From an uncultured delta proteobacterium (GTDB taxonomy: Bacteria > Myxococcota_A > Polyangia > Fen-1088), in contig CAVTRY010000022.1 of assembly GCA_963737265.1 (NCBI GenBank), positions 320,001 to 384,000 on the forward strand: a DNA stretch of 64,000 bases, written 5' to 3'. Every line of letters starts with the position of its first letter. Within the stretch, counting starts at the first letter, position 1. The notes beneath the pieces were generated by a model, which worked only from the letters and a program-made list of their open reading frames with translations, ran no database searches and was not told the DNA's origin. The position numbers and the translations under genes are program-made. Below, one piece after another: positions 10,322 to 20,037 of the stretch.

Positions 10322-12478
10322 CTACCGCTTGCCAGTCGCCTTGCCGGCCGTCGATTTCTTGTTCGCGGCGGGCGCTGCCTTCGCGGCGGTTTTGCTGCTG
10401 CTCTTGGCAGGTGACGTCTGATGCACGGAGGTCGGCTTGGTCGCCGGTGCTTTCGCGCCGATGCTCGCCTGGTGGCCGGTTTCGCGCGACGTGATCTTCG
10501 CTGGCGTCGATTTTCCGTTCTTGCCGGCAATCTCCTTCATCGCCAGGGCAGGCTTCTTGGGAGCTCCAGTGGCCCTCATCGTAATCTCCTTCGGCAGCTC
10601 GGGCGTGGGCGAATACACGACGACTTTTTGCCCCTCGCCGAGCTCCGAGGTGGCGGACAAGCGGTTGACTCGTGCGAGGTCGCCGGGCGCGAGCCCGTAG
10701 CGTTTGGCGATCTTGGCCAGGCTGTCGCCCGACCGTGCCGAATAGAACAGCCGCGTTTTTCCCCGCCGCGCAGCTTCGAGCTCGAGAAATTCCTCTGACC
10801 CGAGCGTCACCAGGCGAACCTTGTCCGGATCGAGCAGCATCGCGTTCGACCGATCGAAACCCTCATGCACGAACAGTTGGAGGATGAGCTTGGGTTGCAG
10901 CTTGGCGTCGGGATCGATGTGGTTCCACTCGACGATGTCGTCGGGCGTGACGTCGAAGGCGCCCGCGATCTCGGCCAGCGTGTCGCCGTCGCGTGTTCTG
11001 TAAAAGACCTGCTCGCGTCCTTGGTATGCGAAGGCTCGGTCGGGAACCGCCACCAGAATGGAGTCATCGACATCCTCTGTCACTGGCGGGGCCGGCGGTG
11101 TTGCACGCGCGGGAACGAGAATCGTCATACCACCGCGCAGATCCGCGCCGTCGCTGGCGCCGTTGATGCGCTTGAGCTCGCGCACGGAGATCCCGCGCGC
11201 CTTGGCCACGTCGTCGAGGGTTTCGCCGAAACGCAAGACCACCGGTTGCAAGCGCTCGCCGCTTGTCCTCGTTTCGCTCGCCGCCTTAGCGAACAAGCTG
11301 GCCGATCCGAGCGGAACGCGCATGATGACCGCGCCGCGATCCGGCGGGATGCGGCTGCACACGAATTCCGGGTTGAGCTCTTCGATGACGTCTGGCCTGG
11401 TGCCCGCGGCTTTGCGCCAAGGACGCGAACGACGTCCCTGATGGCACTTCGACGCGGTCGAATTCCCACGCTGGATCCAGCGCCACATCGGCGAAGCCGA
11501 AGGCCTTCAGGTTGTGGCCGACGACGGCAGCGGCGAGGATCTTGGGCACGTAGAGGAGTCGTTTCCCAGGGCAAGCCGGCCTCGTGGCGCGCCAGCTCCC
11601 AGAAATCGTTGGTGTTGTAGCGGGCGATGGAACGCAGAATGGCCCCGTAGCCGGCGTTGTAGGCGGCAAACGCCAAGGGCCACGAGCCAAAGCGGACGTA
11701 CAGATCCTTGAGAAGGCGAGCAGCGGCCTCGGCGGCACGTTCCGGATCGCGGCGTGCATCGACCCAATGGCTTACTTCAAGGCCGTAGGCGCGCGCGGCG
11801 CCGGGGATGAACTGCCAAACTCCGCCCGCGCTCCTTCGCGACGTCGCCCCTGGATCGAACCCGCTTTCGACCATGGCCAGGTAGATGCAGATCCTTGGGA
11901 AGTCCTTGCTCGTCCAACTTCTGCTCGATGACCACGCGGTAGCGCCCCATCTTGCGCAGCCAGGTCGTCATGATGGCGCGGCCCTTGGGGTCGTTCTTGA
12001 AGAACTCAAGGTAGCGGACGACCTGCGGCTCCCAGCGAACGGGGAGATCCGGCGGCACCAACTGGCGCATCCAATCGAGGTCGGGTTTTTGCGGCGGTGG
12101 CGCCAGTCCACGCTCGGGGCTGCGCAGCTCGCGCGGGATATCGCCAGTGCCGCCCCATCGTCCCTCGAGCCCGGGCGGCAGCGGTTGGGCCGCATCGTCG
12201 GGCAGCTCGGTGTTTGGAGGCGCGGCGCCGTGGCGTGGAAAAGCCTGCTCCTCGAAGTGGCGGAGGGCGCGCAGCTCCGGACTTTCCGAGCTCTCGGATC
12301 CTTCAAGCGCGACGCCGCGCACGGCTTTGCGTTCGGCGAAGCTCTCCTTGGTGGGCGGCGTGGTCCAAAGCAGCGGTCGCGCCGTCGACTGCGCGGGCAG
12401 CGAGTCGCGTGCCTCGACGCTCCGGTCGAGGGAGGCGGGCACGACCAAAATCAAGGCAGCACAAAGCGCGGGCCGCAT
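10322..12478 (-). pseudogene. MltD-like lytic transglycosylase with LysM domains, broken by three +1 frameshifts (possibly sequencing errors)
   Basis: Joining frames gives ...GLPKDL(I)YLAMVESGF...AGGVWQFIP...AAYNAG...LPWETTLYVPKILAA...LNPEF... followed by LysM repeats (GETLDDVAK, GDTLAEIAG, GDSLAKIAKRYG). One extra C on the coding strand at about 11888, 11555 and 11414. Confidence 0.85.
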
Positions 12479-12674
12479 AGTATCGAATGGTAGCGGATCA
12501 AGCGAGGATGACCAAGAAACCGCACCAAGCGCGAAAACCGTGCCCCAGCGCGACTGCAGGCGGGCAGCAAGACAGGACCGACAAAGGGAGCAAGAAGGGA
12601 CCAACAGGGGAAACAAGGGGAGATCGTTTGCCTGCCTGGCTCGCGGGTGGTATAGACCACACCGGAGCTAGCCA

Positions 12675-12905
12675 ATGGGTCTCGGAACTGGCGAAATCAT
12701 CCTCATTTTTCTGGTGGTCATGGTCGTGTTCGGCGCCAGCAAGCTGCCCCAGCTGGGTGACGGGCTGGGCCGCGCGATCAAGAACTTCAAGCGGGCGGTG
12801 AACAGCGCGAACGAAATCGACGTTTCGCCGAAGAAGCCCGAGATCGACGGTACCGGCCAGCCGGAAAAGGCTGAAGCGGCCAAGCCGACCGACAAGGCTT
12901 TGTAG
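12675..12905 (+). CDS. tatA: Twin-arginine translocase TatA/TatE subunit
   Basis: MGLGTGEIILIFLVVMVVFGASKLPQLGDGLGRAIKNFKRAV. Confidence 0.95.
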   Translation: MGLGTGEIILIFLVVMVVFGASKLPQLGDGLGRAIKNFKRAVNSANEIDVSPKKPEIDGTGQPEKAEAAKPTDKAL

Positions 12906-13068
12906 GCACGCCCGTCTCCGCAGCATTGATGGCCGGGATCTGTTCTCCGGCGAGGACGAGCCGTGCAACATCAGTCGCGATTTCATAAAGCGGACAAAAA
13001 ATGTCTGTGTTTGCGCGTTCGTATAAATTCGTCCTTGACGCGTTAATGTGACGATGCAAGATAGCAGC

Positions 13069-13323
13069 ATGACAACACGCACGATCAAGCGATATTCGAA
13101 TCGCAAACTGTACGACACCACCGATTCGCACTACGTGACTCTCCAGCAGATTGCTGGACTCATTCGCAACGGCGACGAAATTCGCGTCATCGACAAAACC
13201 ACCCAGCAGGACCTAACCGCCGCCACGATGGCCCAGATTATCTTCGAAGAAGAGAAGCGGGGACCGAGGCTGCCGGTCGAAGGTCTTCGCCGCATCATCC
13301 GAAGTGGGCTACCGGCCCATTAG
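13069..13323 (+). CDS. PHA synthesis regulator PhaR-type DNA-binding domain protein (short)
   Basis: IKRYSNRKLYDTTDSHYVTLQQIAGLIRNGDEIRVIDKTTQQDLTAATMAQIIFEEE matches the PhaR N-terminal domain. Confidence 0.88.
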   Translation: MTTRTIKRYSNRKLYDTTDSHYVTLQQIAGLIRNGDEIRVIDKTTQQDLTAATMAQIIFEEEKRGPRLPVEGLRRIIRSGLPAH

Positions 13324-13344
13324 CCTGTCGCGAAGCGATCTGGT

Positions 13345-14409
13345 CTAGTAATTCAGACCCGCGCTGAGCGAAAACGCGCTCTGCTGTCCACTTTGGTCGA
13401 CGGCGGGGGCGACGTTGTCGTCGCGGCTGTGGCCTGCTTGGTAAAGCTCGTACTGGGCGATGATGGCCAAGACCCCGAATTTGAGTTTCGCACCGCCGAA
13501 GACGCGATAGCGGGTGATCAAGTCCTGGCCGGGGAATGCCGCATTGGCGAGCAGGTCGTTGGTTGTGCCGCTTTGTGCGACGGTGCAGCGGTCGCTGACC
13601 TGTTGGCCGGGCGCCGCTTGCGCCACGGCGTGTGCATCACACAGCGGCGTGAAGTCGATGGGTTTGCCGCTGGCGCTGATTAGGATCAGGCTCAAGCCGC
13701 CAAAGGGCTCCAAACGCGCGGTCTTGAGCAGGCCAAAGCCCTTGGAGATGAGCACGTCGAAGGTATTGGTTCGCAAGTTCGCCTGATCGGTACCGGTCAC
13801 GTACGACATGGCGGCGCGCACCGAAAGCGAAGGCACGGGCCAATCGTGAAAGCCTTCGTGCAAGGCTACCTTGGCGTAGCCCTGCCAGGACAGCATTTGC
13901 GAATCGAGAAGGTTGACCACGCCGCCGCCGATTTCGAGCGCCGGCATGGGCCACCACATGCCCTTGCGCAAGAAGAATCCCATGGTCGTCAGCGTCGCGT
14001 CGGGCCGGGAACTATTCGCAGCCTGAGGCGAAACCGCGCTGACGCCATTCCAGAAGCCCTTGGTGTTGCTAATCTGGGTGAATCCCAGTTCGCCTGTCAC
14101 CATGAAGCCCGCGAAACCGATGGTGTCGGCCGGCATGGGAACTCGGGGCGCCAACACCACACCAAGCTCCGACATCAGGCTGCGAAAATTGCTGCGGCCC
14201 TCCCCGTCGATGGCCACGCCCGTGACTAGTCCATTGGCATCGCGCTTCACCCAGATGCACTCTTGCACGTTGAGAGCGGACGTCGTGGCCAACGGACAGA
14301 GGTTGATCAACTTCAGATCGTTCCTGCCGGCCAAGGCCTTTCCGGCGACTGCGATCGGAGGGAGCCCAATGACGAACACTACGAGTCGGAGGGTTCGATG
14401 CGGGCTCAT
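13345..14409 (-). CDS. Putative outer-membrane beta-barrel protein
   Basis: Signal-peptide-like N-terminus, alternating hydrophobic strands, C-terminal FSLSAGLNY (terminal aromatic); start at MSPHRT (14409) assumed. Confidence 0.55.
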   Translation of the reverse strand: MSPHRTLRLVVFVIGLPPIAVAGKALAGRNDLKLINLCPLATTSALNVQECIWVKRDANGLVTGVAIDGEGRSNFRSLMSELGVVLAPRVPMPADTIGFAGFMVTGELGFTQISNTKGFWNGVSAVSPQAANSSRPDATLTTMGFFLRKGMWWPMPALEIGGGVVNLLDSQMLSWQGYAKVALHEGFHDWPVPSLSVRAAMSYVTGTDQANLRTNTFDVLISKGFGLLKTARLEPFGGLSLILISASGKPIDFTPLCDAHAVAQAAPGQQVSDRCTVAQSGTTNDLLANAAFPGQDLITRYRVFGGAKLKFGVLAIIAQYELYQAGHSRDDNVAPAVDQSGQQSAFSLSAGLNY

Positions 14410-14504
14410 CAAGCTAGAACGGTATGTGGCCGCGGCAAGGCCTGTCAAGGAACGCGGATTCTTGGCGCGATTTGCCCTGCGGAGTGAGCGGAGTGAGGAA
14501 GCTA

Positions 14505-14534
14505 TTGACAAGTCCGGCATACTGTGAACATAAT
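14505..14534 (+). promoter_or_regulatory. sigma70-type promoter of rex
   Basis: TTGACA at 14505-14510 and CATAAT at 14529-14534 (18-bp spacer), just upstream of rex. Confidence 0.65.
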
Positions 14535-14539
14535 CACAG
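14522..14539. promoter_or_regulatory. Rex operator (autoregulatory), overlapping the -10 element
   Basis: CTGTGAACATAATCACAG: palindromic CTGTGA-N6-TCACAG, close to the Rex consensus TTGTGAA-N4-TTCACAA. Confidence 0.75.
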
Positions 14540-14543
14540 CATC

Positions 14544-15227
14544 GTGAGTGCCACCGCGCCCGCCCCTGATGTTAGCTTTCCAGCTGTGGAAACGGCGAGG
14601 AAAGCGGATCGGCGCGTGTCCGTCTCGACGGTGGAAAGGCTCAGCGTCTATCGCAAGGTCCTGGAAGAGCTGCACTACGACGGCGTTGAATACGCGTACT
14701 CTCAGCAACTAGCGGAGATGGTTGGGGTTACGCCCGCTCAACTGCGCCGCGACCTGGCCAGCTTTGGTTCCTTCGGCAACATCAGTCGCGGGTACAACGT
14801 CTATCAACTGACGCGCACGATCAGCCGGATTCTCGGCACCGACGCGGCCCAAACTGTGGCGCTGTTCGGGGTTGGAGATCTCGGGCGATCCCTGCTCGCC
14901 TATCGGGGTTTCGAAGAACGCGGGTTCCACATCGGCGTGGTCTTCGATCTGGATGCCGAAAAGGCTGGCAGAGTTTTCGCCGGCCGGCGCTGTTTCCACG
15001 TCGAGCAAATGGAAAAAGTTCTGCCCGAGTTCGACGTGCGCATCGCCATTCTTGCCTGCCGGCCACCCGGCTTGCAGCAGGTCGTGGATCGGCTCGCCAA
15101 GCTGGGAATCACGTCGATTTTGAACTTCGTGCCCAAGCGAATTTCTCCCGCATCCGGAGGCTACGTGGAGAGCATCGACCTGGCGGCGAAGTTAGAGAAG
15201 CTCTCGTTTCTCAGCCAGAAGAGGTAG
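14544..15227 (+). CDS. rex: Redox-sensing transcriptional repressor Rex
   Basis: TVERLSVYR...SQQLAEMVGVTPAQLRRDLASFGSFG...GYNV winged helix, then Rossmann VALFGVGDLGRSL...ILNFVP. Start uncertain (GTG 14544 or 14586). Confidence 0.93.
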   Translation: MSATAPAPDVSFPAVETARKADRRVSVSTVERLSVYRKVLEELHYDGVEYAYSQQLAEMVGVTPAQLRRDLASFGSFGNISRGYNVYQLTRTISRILGTDAAQTVALFGVGDLGRSLLAYRGFEERGFHIGVVFDLDAEKAGRVFAGRRCFHVEQMEKVLPEFDVRIAILACRPPGLQQVVDRLAKLGITSILNFVPKRISPASGGYVESIDLAAKLEKLSFLSQKR

Positions 15228-15273
15228 TTCTCCGCAGTCGATTGGTTTTTCAAGATAGGCAGACCACTTGGCA

Positions 15274-15291
15274 CTGTGAAAGTTTTCACTG
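15274..15291. promoter_or_regulatory. Second Rex-type operator upstream of the hydrogenase operon
   Basis: CTGTGAAAGTTTTCACTG: GTGAA-N4-TTCAC core in the AT-rich gap between rex and the first operon gene. Confidence 0.7.
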
Positions 15292-15360
15292 TTAATTTCG
15301 CGAACTTAGACCACCTGTTCCGTTTGCTCCAACCCTACGTGAAGGAAAGGACATGACATC

Positions 15361-15780
15361 ATGACAAAGCGCATTTTGGTCGTGGATGATGACAAAGATC
15401 TCGTGCGAGCCGTGAGCACCGTGCTCGAGTCGCGCGGCTATGCCGTGACGACGGCTCACAACGGTACCGAGGCCCTGGCCAAGGTCGCTGCCAGCCAGCC
15501 CGCTCTCATCGTTCTCGACGTCATGATGGACACTGACGCCGAAGGGTTCGGCGTGGCCTACAAGCTCGAAGCCGATCCGGCGACCCGCCGAATTCCCATC
15601 ATTCTGCTCTCGGGCTTTACCGATCACATGGCGACCAAGTACGAGTCGTTCGAATTTATCCAGGGACGCGACTGGCCGGCCGCCAAGTTCATGAAGAAGC
15701 CAGTCAGCATGCCCGAGCTGGTAGCGACCATCGGCAAGCTTCTTGCCGAAGCCGAGTCGTTGCGCGCGGCCGTGGCTTAG
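15361..15780 (+). CDS. Single-domain response regulator (receiver)
   Basis: ILVVDDD, IVLDVMM (phospho-Asp), IPIILLSG, KKP; RBS-like AAGGA upstream. Confidence 0.9.
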   Translation: MTKRILVVDDDKDLVRAVSTVLESRGYAVTTAHNGTEALAKVAASQPALIVLDVMMDTDAEGFGVAYKLEADPATRRIPIILLSGFTDHMATKYESFEFIQGRDWPAAKFMKKPVSMPELVATIGKLLAEAESLRAAVA

Positions 15781-15831
15781 TTGTAGTCGTTCCACCCCCA
15801 AACCACCTAAGAAGACCCCGAGGTAAGCAGT

Positions 15832-16314
15832 ATGTGTGACGTGGACCAGATCATTGCGGGACACGAGGAGCTTGGCAAAGAGCACCTCATCCCCCTGCTA
15901 CAAGAGATTCAAGCGAAGGAAGGGTACGTTTCCGAAACCGCGATGTCGAAGGTGGCAACCGCCGTCGGTATTCCCGAAAGCCGCGTTTATGGCGTGGCTA
16001 CCTTCTACAACCAGTTTCGTTTCATCCCCAAGGGAACCCACGTCATCGAGGTGTGTCGGGGAACCGCATGCCACGTCAAGCAAAGCCTGAAGCTGGCGCA
16101 GCACCTCACGCGCAGGCTGAGCCTCAAGCCCAACGGCAATTCGCCGGACAACAAGTTCACGGTTATCACCGTGGCTTGCCTCGGGGCCTGCTCGATCGCG
16201 CCCGTCATCAAGCTGGACGGCGAATTCTACGGTCACCTCGACGTGGACAAGCTGGACCATCTCCTCGACGAAGTCACCCAGGAAACAAAGGGAGGCAGCG
16301 ATGCGCGCAAGTAA
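15832..16314 (+). CDS. hydC: Trimeric [FeFe]-hydrogenase gamma subunit (NuoE-like, 2Fe-2S)
   Basis: LIPLLQEIQ...GYV, VATFYNQF, VCRGTACHV, VACLGACSIAPV. Confidence 0.9.
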   Translation: MCDVDQIIAGHEELGKEHLIPLLQEIQAKEGYVSETAMSKVATAVGIPESRVYGVATFYNQFRFIPKGTHVIEVCRGTACHVKQSLKLAQHLTRRLSLKPNGNSPDNKFTVITVACLGACSIAPVIKLDGEFYGHLDVDKLDHLLDEVTQETKGGSDARK

Positions 16315-18313
16315 TCTGGTCGCCGCCTGTTGCACCCGTTGCACGCACGCCCCCATCACGCCGTGTCGCGATCTGATTCGCTGTCTTAGCGAAGGTCCGA
16401 TCTGCCATCACGACGAGGGCTGCGCGCAGAAGCGCAAGGAGAATCTCGTTCACGCTCGGCGAGGTGGAGCGGGAACCCTAATCTTCGTCGGAGCAGGTAC
16501 GTGCGGACGGGCTAACGGTGCCAACAAAGTCATCGCCGACATCCACGCTTTCTTGAAGGAGCACGCTATCGCGGCCGAGGTCGTGGAGGTTGGCTGCGTT
16601 GGCTATTGCCAACGCGAAGTCTTCGTCGACGTCGAAAAGGCGGGCGGCCCCCGACTTTCCTACTGCGACATCAACCCCTCAAACGTCGGCGAATTTCTCG
16701 ACCTGCTTTTCACGCAGGACAACGCCCGCAATCGTTTCCTTTACGGCCGCCACGGCCAGGCCGGCGCGGAATGGGCCGACGTTCCCGAGGTCGCCACCAC
16801 GCCCTTCTTCAAGCAGCAAGTGAAAGTCGTGCTTCGCAACGCCGGTCTCATCGATCCCGGCGCGCTCGATTCCGCGCTTGCGGTCGGCGCCTTCCGGGCC
16901 GCCTCGCGCGCCGTCGGCAGCATGACGCCCGAGGAAGTTTGCAACGAAGTGCTCGCCTCCGGCTTGCGCGGCCGCGGCGGCGCGGGATTTCCCACCGGCC
17001 AAAAGTGGAACATCGCCCGGCAAACGCCGCGTGCGCAGAAGTACCTCATCTGCAACGCAGACGAAGGCGATCCGGGCGCGTTCATGGATCGCGCGGTGCT
17101 GGAAAGCGATCCCTTCTTCGTCATCGAAGGCATGATCATCGCGGCCTACGCCATTGGCGCATCCAAGGGCTACATCTACTGCCGCGCGGAGTATCCGCTC
17201 GCCATCGAACGCCTGGCCGACGCCATCGCCCAGTGCCGCCGCGTGGGATTGCTCGGCAACAACATTCTAGGCAGCTTGTTTTCCTTCGACATCACGATCA
17301 AGCAAGGCGCGGGTGCCTTCGTGTGCGGCGAGGAAACCGCCATCCTTGCCAGCATCGAAGGCGGTCGCGGCATGCCCCGTCCCCGTCCGCCCTACCCGGC
17401 GGTCAGCGGTTTGCACGGCAAGCCCACGGTCCTTAACAACGTCGAGACCCTGGCCAATGTGCCCATCATCGTCGACCGCGGCGCCGCGTACTTCCAGAGC
17501 TTGGGCCTCGGTAAAGCCGCCGGGACTAAGGTCTTCGCACTATCCGGTACGATCCAGAATACCGGCCTCGTCGAAGTACCGGTTGGCGTTCCGCTCAAGA
17601 CCATCATTTACGACATCGGCGGCGGCGCGCTGCCCGGCCACGAAATCAAGGCCGTGCAGATTGGCGGCCCGTCCGGTGGCTGCATCCCGCGCGAGCACCT
17701 CGACGTCGCCACGGACTACGGTACCTTGATCGAGCTCGGGGCCATGATGGGCTCGGGCGGCATGGTGGTGATGGACGAGCGCACGTGCATGGTCGCCATC
17801 GCTCGCTTCTTCATGGAATTCATCCGCAACGAATCGTGCGGCAAGTGCACGCCCTGTCGTGAGGGCACCACGCGCCTGTCCGAGATTCTCACCTCGCTCA
17901 CCGAACGTCCGGTGGGCGACGAGGAGAAACGCTTGGAGCGCATCCGCGGAGTGCTGCACATGCGCGAGCTGGCTTCCACGGTGAAGGAGGCTTCATTGTG
18001 CGGCCTCGGTCAAACCGCCGCCAATCCCGTGCTTTCAACCCTGCGCTTCTTCCGCGACGAGTACGAAGCGCATGTTATCGACCAGCGCTGCCCCGCCGGC
18101 GAATGCCAAGGGTTGGCCATCTACGCCGTCGACAACGCGACCTGCGTCGGCTGTCTGCTGTGCAAGAAAGCCTGCCCGAGCAACGCCATCGTGGGCGAAC
18201 GCAAACAGGCGCATTACATTCTGGTCGACCGCTGTATCGGCTGCGGCTCGTGTGTCAGCGCCTGTCCCAAGCACTCAATCCATGTCGTTCAAGAAGAGAG
18301 GGCCTACGCATGA
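16301..18313 (+). CDS. hydB: Trimeric [FeFe]-hydrogenase beta subunit (NuoF-like, FMN/NADH-binding)
   Basis: GLRGRGGAGFPTG, CNADEGDPGAFMDR, GAFVCGEETA, NNVETL, GGPSGG, ESCGKCTPCREG, SLCGLG, two C-terminal CxxCxxCxxxCP ferredoxin motifs; N-terminal thioredoxin-like domain. Confidence 0.93.
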   Translation: MRASNLVAACCTRCTHAPITPCRDLIRCLSEGPICHHDEGCAQKRKENLVHARRGGAGTLIFVGAGTCGRANGANKVIADIHAFLKEHAIAAEVVEVGCVGYCQREVFVDVEKAGGPRLSYCDINPSNVGEFLDLLFTQDNARNRFLYGRHGQAGAEWADVPEVATTPFFKQQVKVVLRNAGLIDPGALDSALAVGAFRAASRAVGSMTPEEVCNEVLASGLRGRGGAGFPTGQKWNIARQTPRAQKYLICNADEGDPGAFMDRAVLESDPFFVIEGMIIAAYAIGASKGYIYCRAEYPLAIERLADAIAQCRRVGLLGNNILGSLFSFDITIKQGAGAFVCGEETAILASIEGGRGMPRPRPPYPAVSGLHGKPTVLNNVETLANVPIIVDRGAAYFQSLGLGKAAGTKVFALSGTIQNTGLVEVPVGVPLKTIIYDIGGGALPGHEIKAVQIGGPSGGCIPREHLDVATDYGTLIELGAMMGSGGMVVMDERTCMVAIARFFMEFIRNESCGKCTPCREGTTRLSEILTSLTERPVGDEEKRLERIRGVLHMRELASTVKEASLCGLGQTAANPVLSTLRFFRDEYEAHVIDQRCPAGECQGLAIYAVDNATCVGCLLCKKACPSNAIVGERKQAHYILVDRCIGCGSCVSACPKHSIHVVQEERAYA

Positions 18314-20034
18314 GCGTCGTCATCGATGGTAAAGAAGTAGAATTCACCAACGGCGAGACGGTGCTGGCGGCGGCCGAGCGTTCGGGAATTTCCATCCCGC
18401 ACCTGTGCTCGCTCGATTGGGCATGCAAGTCCGAGGCGGCCTGCCGCATGTGCTTGGTCGAGATTGAGGGCATGCCACGCTTGCAGACGAGCTGCACCCT
18501 GGAGGCCAAGGACGGCATGAAGGTGAAGACCCGTTCGCCGCGTGTGCAGGCGATTCGGCGCAATCTCGTCGAATTGCTCATCGCCAATCACCCCAACGAT
18601 TGTCTGGTGTGCGCGCGTAACCAGAACTGCGAGCTGGCACAGGTGGCGAGCGAGCTCGGCGTGCGCGAACGGCGCTATCGCGGTCTCAAGAAAAATCATG
18701 CCATCGACGTGTCCTCTCCGTCGCTGGTGCGCGACCCCAACAAGTGTATCTTGTGTGGCCGCTGCGTGGCCGTGTGCCATTCCGTACAAGGGGTGGGCGC
18801 CATCGATTTCATCGAGCGCGGTTTCAAGACGCGCGTCGGGCCCGGATTTCACGATGGTATCAACGTCTCGTCGTGCATCTTCTGCGGGCAGTGCACCCGC
18901 GTGTGCCCGACCGCGGCTCTCATGGAGAAGAGCCAGGTCGACGACGTCATCGCGGCCCTGTCCGACCCGAATGTCGTGGTTGTGGCGCAGGTGGCGCCCG
19001 CGGTTCCTGCCACGCTGATGGAAAAGGCCAAGGCCAGCTCGGTGCGGACGATGCTGCTCAAGTTGGCGGCGGCGCTCAAGCGAGTGGGCTTCGGCGCGGT
19101 GTTCGACACCGGATTCGCGGCGGATCTGACCATCATGGAGGAGGTGTCCGAGCTCATCCGCAGGGTTCAGCAAGGAGGCCCCTTGCCCATGTTCACCAGC
19201 TGTTCGCCGGGCTGGATTCAGTACGTGGAAACCCAGCGCCCCGAGCTGATTCCCCACCTGTCCACTTGCAAATCTCCGCAGCAAATGGCGGCGGCGCTCA
19301 TCAAAGACGTGTACCCGCGCCACCGCGACCTCGGCGGCAAGCGGCTGGTGTGCGTTTCCCTCATGCCCTGCACGGCCAAGAAATTCGAAGCCAGCGAGCT
19401 CGGCGACGTCGACTTCGTGCTCACCACGCGCGAGATCGAACAGTTGCTTCTCCGCTTCGGCATCGACCTCGCGAAGGTTACCGAGCAAGGCATGCTGGAT
19501 CCGCCGTTCTCCTCGGCGACCGGCGCCGGCCGGCTCTTTGGCGGCACGGGCGGCGTGATGGAGGCGGCCATTCGAACCGCCCACAAGATGCTGACCGGGG
19601 AGGAGCTCAAGGGCGGCCTCAAGGTCGAAGAGGCGCGCGGTCTCGAAGGCATGAAGTCCTTTTCGCTCGACGTGGGTGGAACCACGCTCAACTTCGGCAT
19701 CGTCAACGGGCTCGGCCGGCTCAAGCCCATGCTCGATCCCATCCGCAAGGGCACGTCCAACCTGCACTTCATCGAAGTCATGACCTGCCCCGGCGGTTGC
19801 ATCGGCGGCGGCGGCCAACCTTACGACACCGATCCCGAAGCCATCCGCATTCGCCTCGAACGTATCTACGAAGCCGACCGGCGCTCCACGCTCAGGACTT
19901 CGCACGAAAATGACGAAGTGAAGACCTTGTACACCGAGATGCTGGGCCAGCCGCTCGGCGAGGTAAGCCACCACTTGCTTCACCGCTCGTACGTCGATCG
20001 CAGCCGCAAGGAGGCGCCAACGGACGCTCGCTAG
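18310..20034 (+). CDS. hydA: [FeFe]-hydrogenase catalytic subunit, group A3
   Basis: ATG 18310 overlaps the hydB stop. 2Fe-2S domain, HPNDCLVC..C, two 4Fe-4S motifs; H-cluster motifs FTSCSPGW, MPCTAKKFE, EVMTCPGGCIGGGGQP; FGGTGGVMEAA. Confidence 0.95.
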   Translation: MSVVIDGKEVEFTNGETVLAAAERSGISIPHLCSLDWACKSEAACRMCLVEIEGMPRLQTSCTLEAKDGMKVKTRSPRVQAIRRNLVELLIANHPNDCLVCARNQNCELAQVASELGVRERRYRGLKKNHAIDVSSPSLVRDPNKCILCGRCVAVCHSVQGVGAIDFIERGFKTRVGPGFHDGINVSSCIFCGQCTRVCPTAALMEKSQVDDVIAALSDPNVVVVAQVAPAVPATLMEKAKASSVRTMLLKLAAALKRVGFGAVFDTGFAADLTIMEEVSELIRRVQQGGPLPMFTSCSPGWIQYVETQRPELIPHLSTCKSPQQMAAALIKDVYPRHRDLGGKRLVCVSLMPCTAKKFEASELGDVDFVLTTREIEQLLLRFGIDLAKVTEQGMLDPPFSSATGAGRLFGGTGGVMEAAIRTAHKMLTGEELKGGLKVEEARGLEGMKSFSLDVGGTTLNFGIVNGLGRLKPMLDPIRKGTSNLHFIEVMTCPGGCIGGGGQPYDTDPEAIRIRLERIYEADRRSTLRTSHENDEVKTLYTEMLGQPLGEVSHHLLHRSYVDRSRKEAPTDAR

Positions 20035-20037
20035 CTC

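Noticed and set aside
15832-18313. Complex I nuoE/nuoF or formate dehydrogenase subunits
   Set aside because: They are coupled to a subunit with H-cluster motifs, and no other nuo or fdh genes are adjacent.
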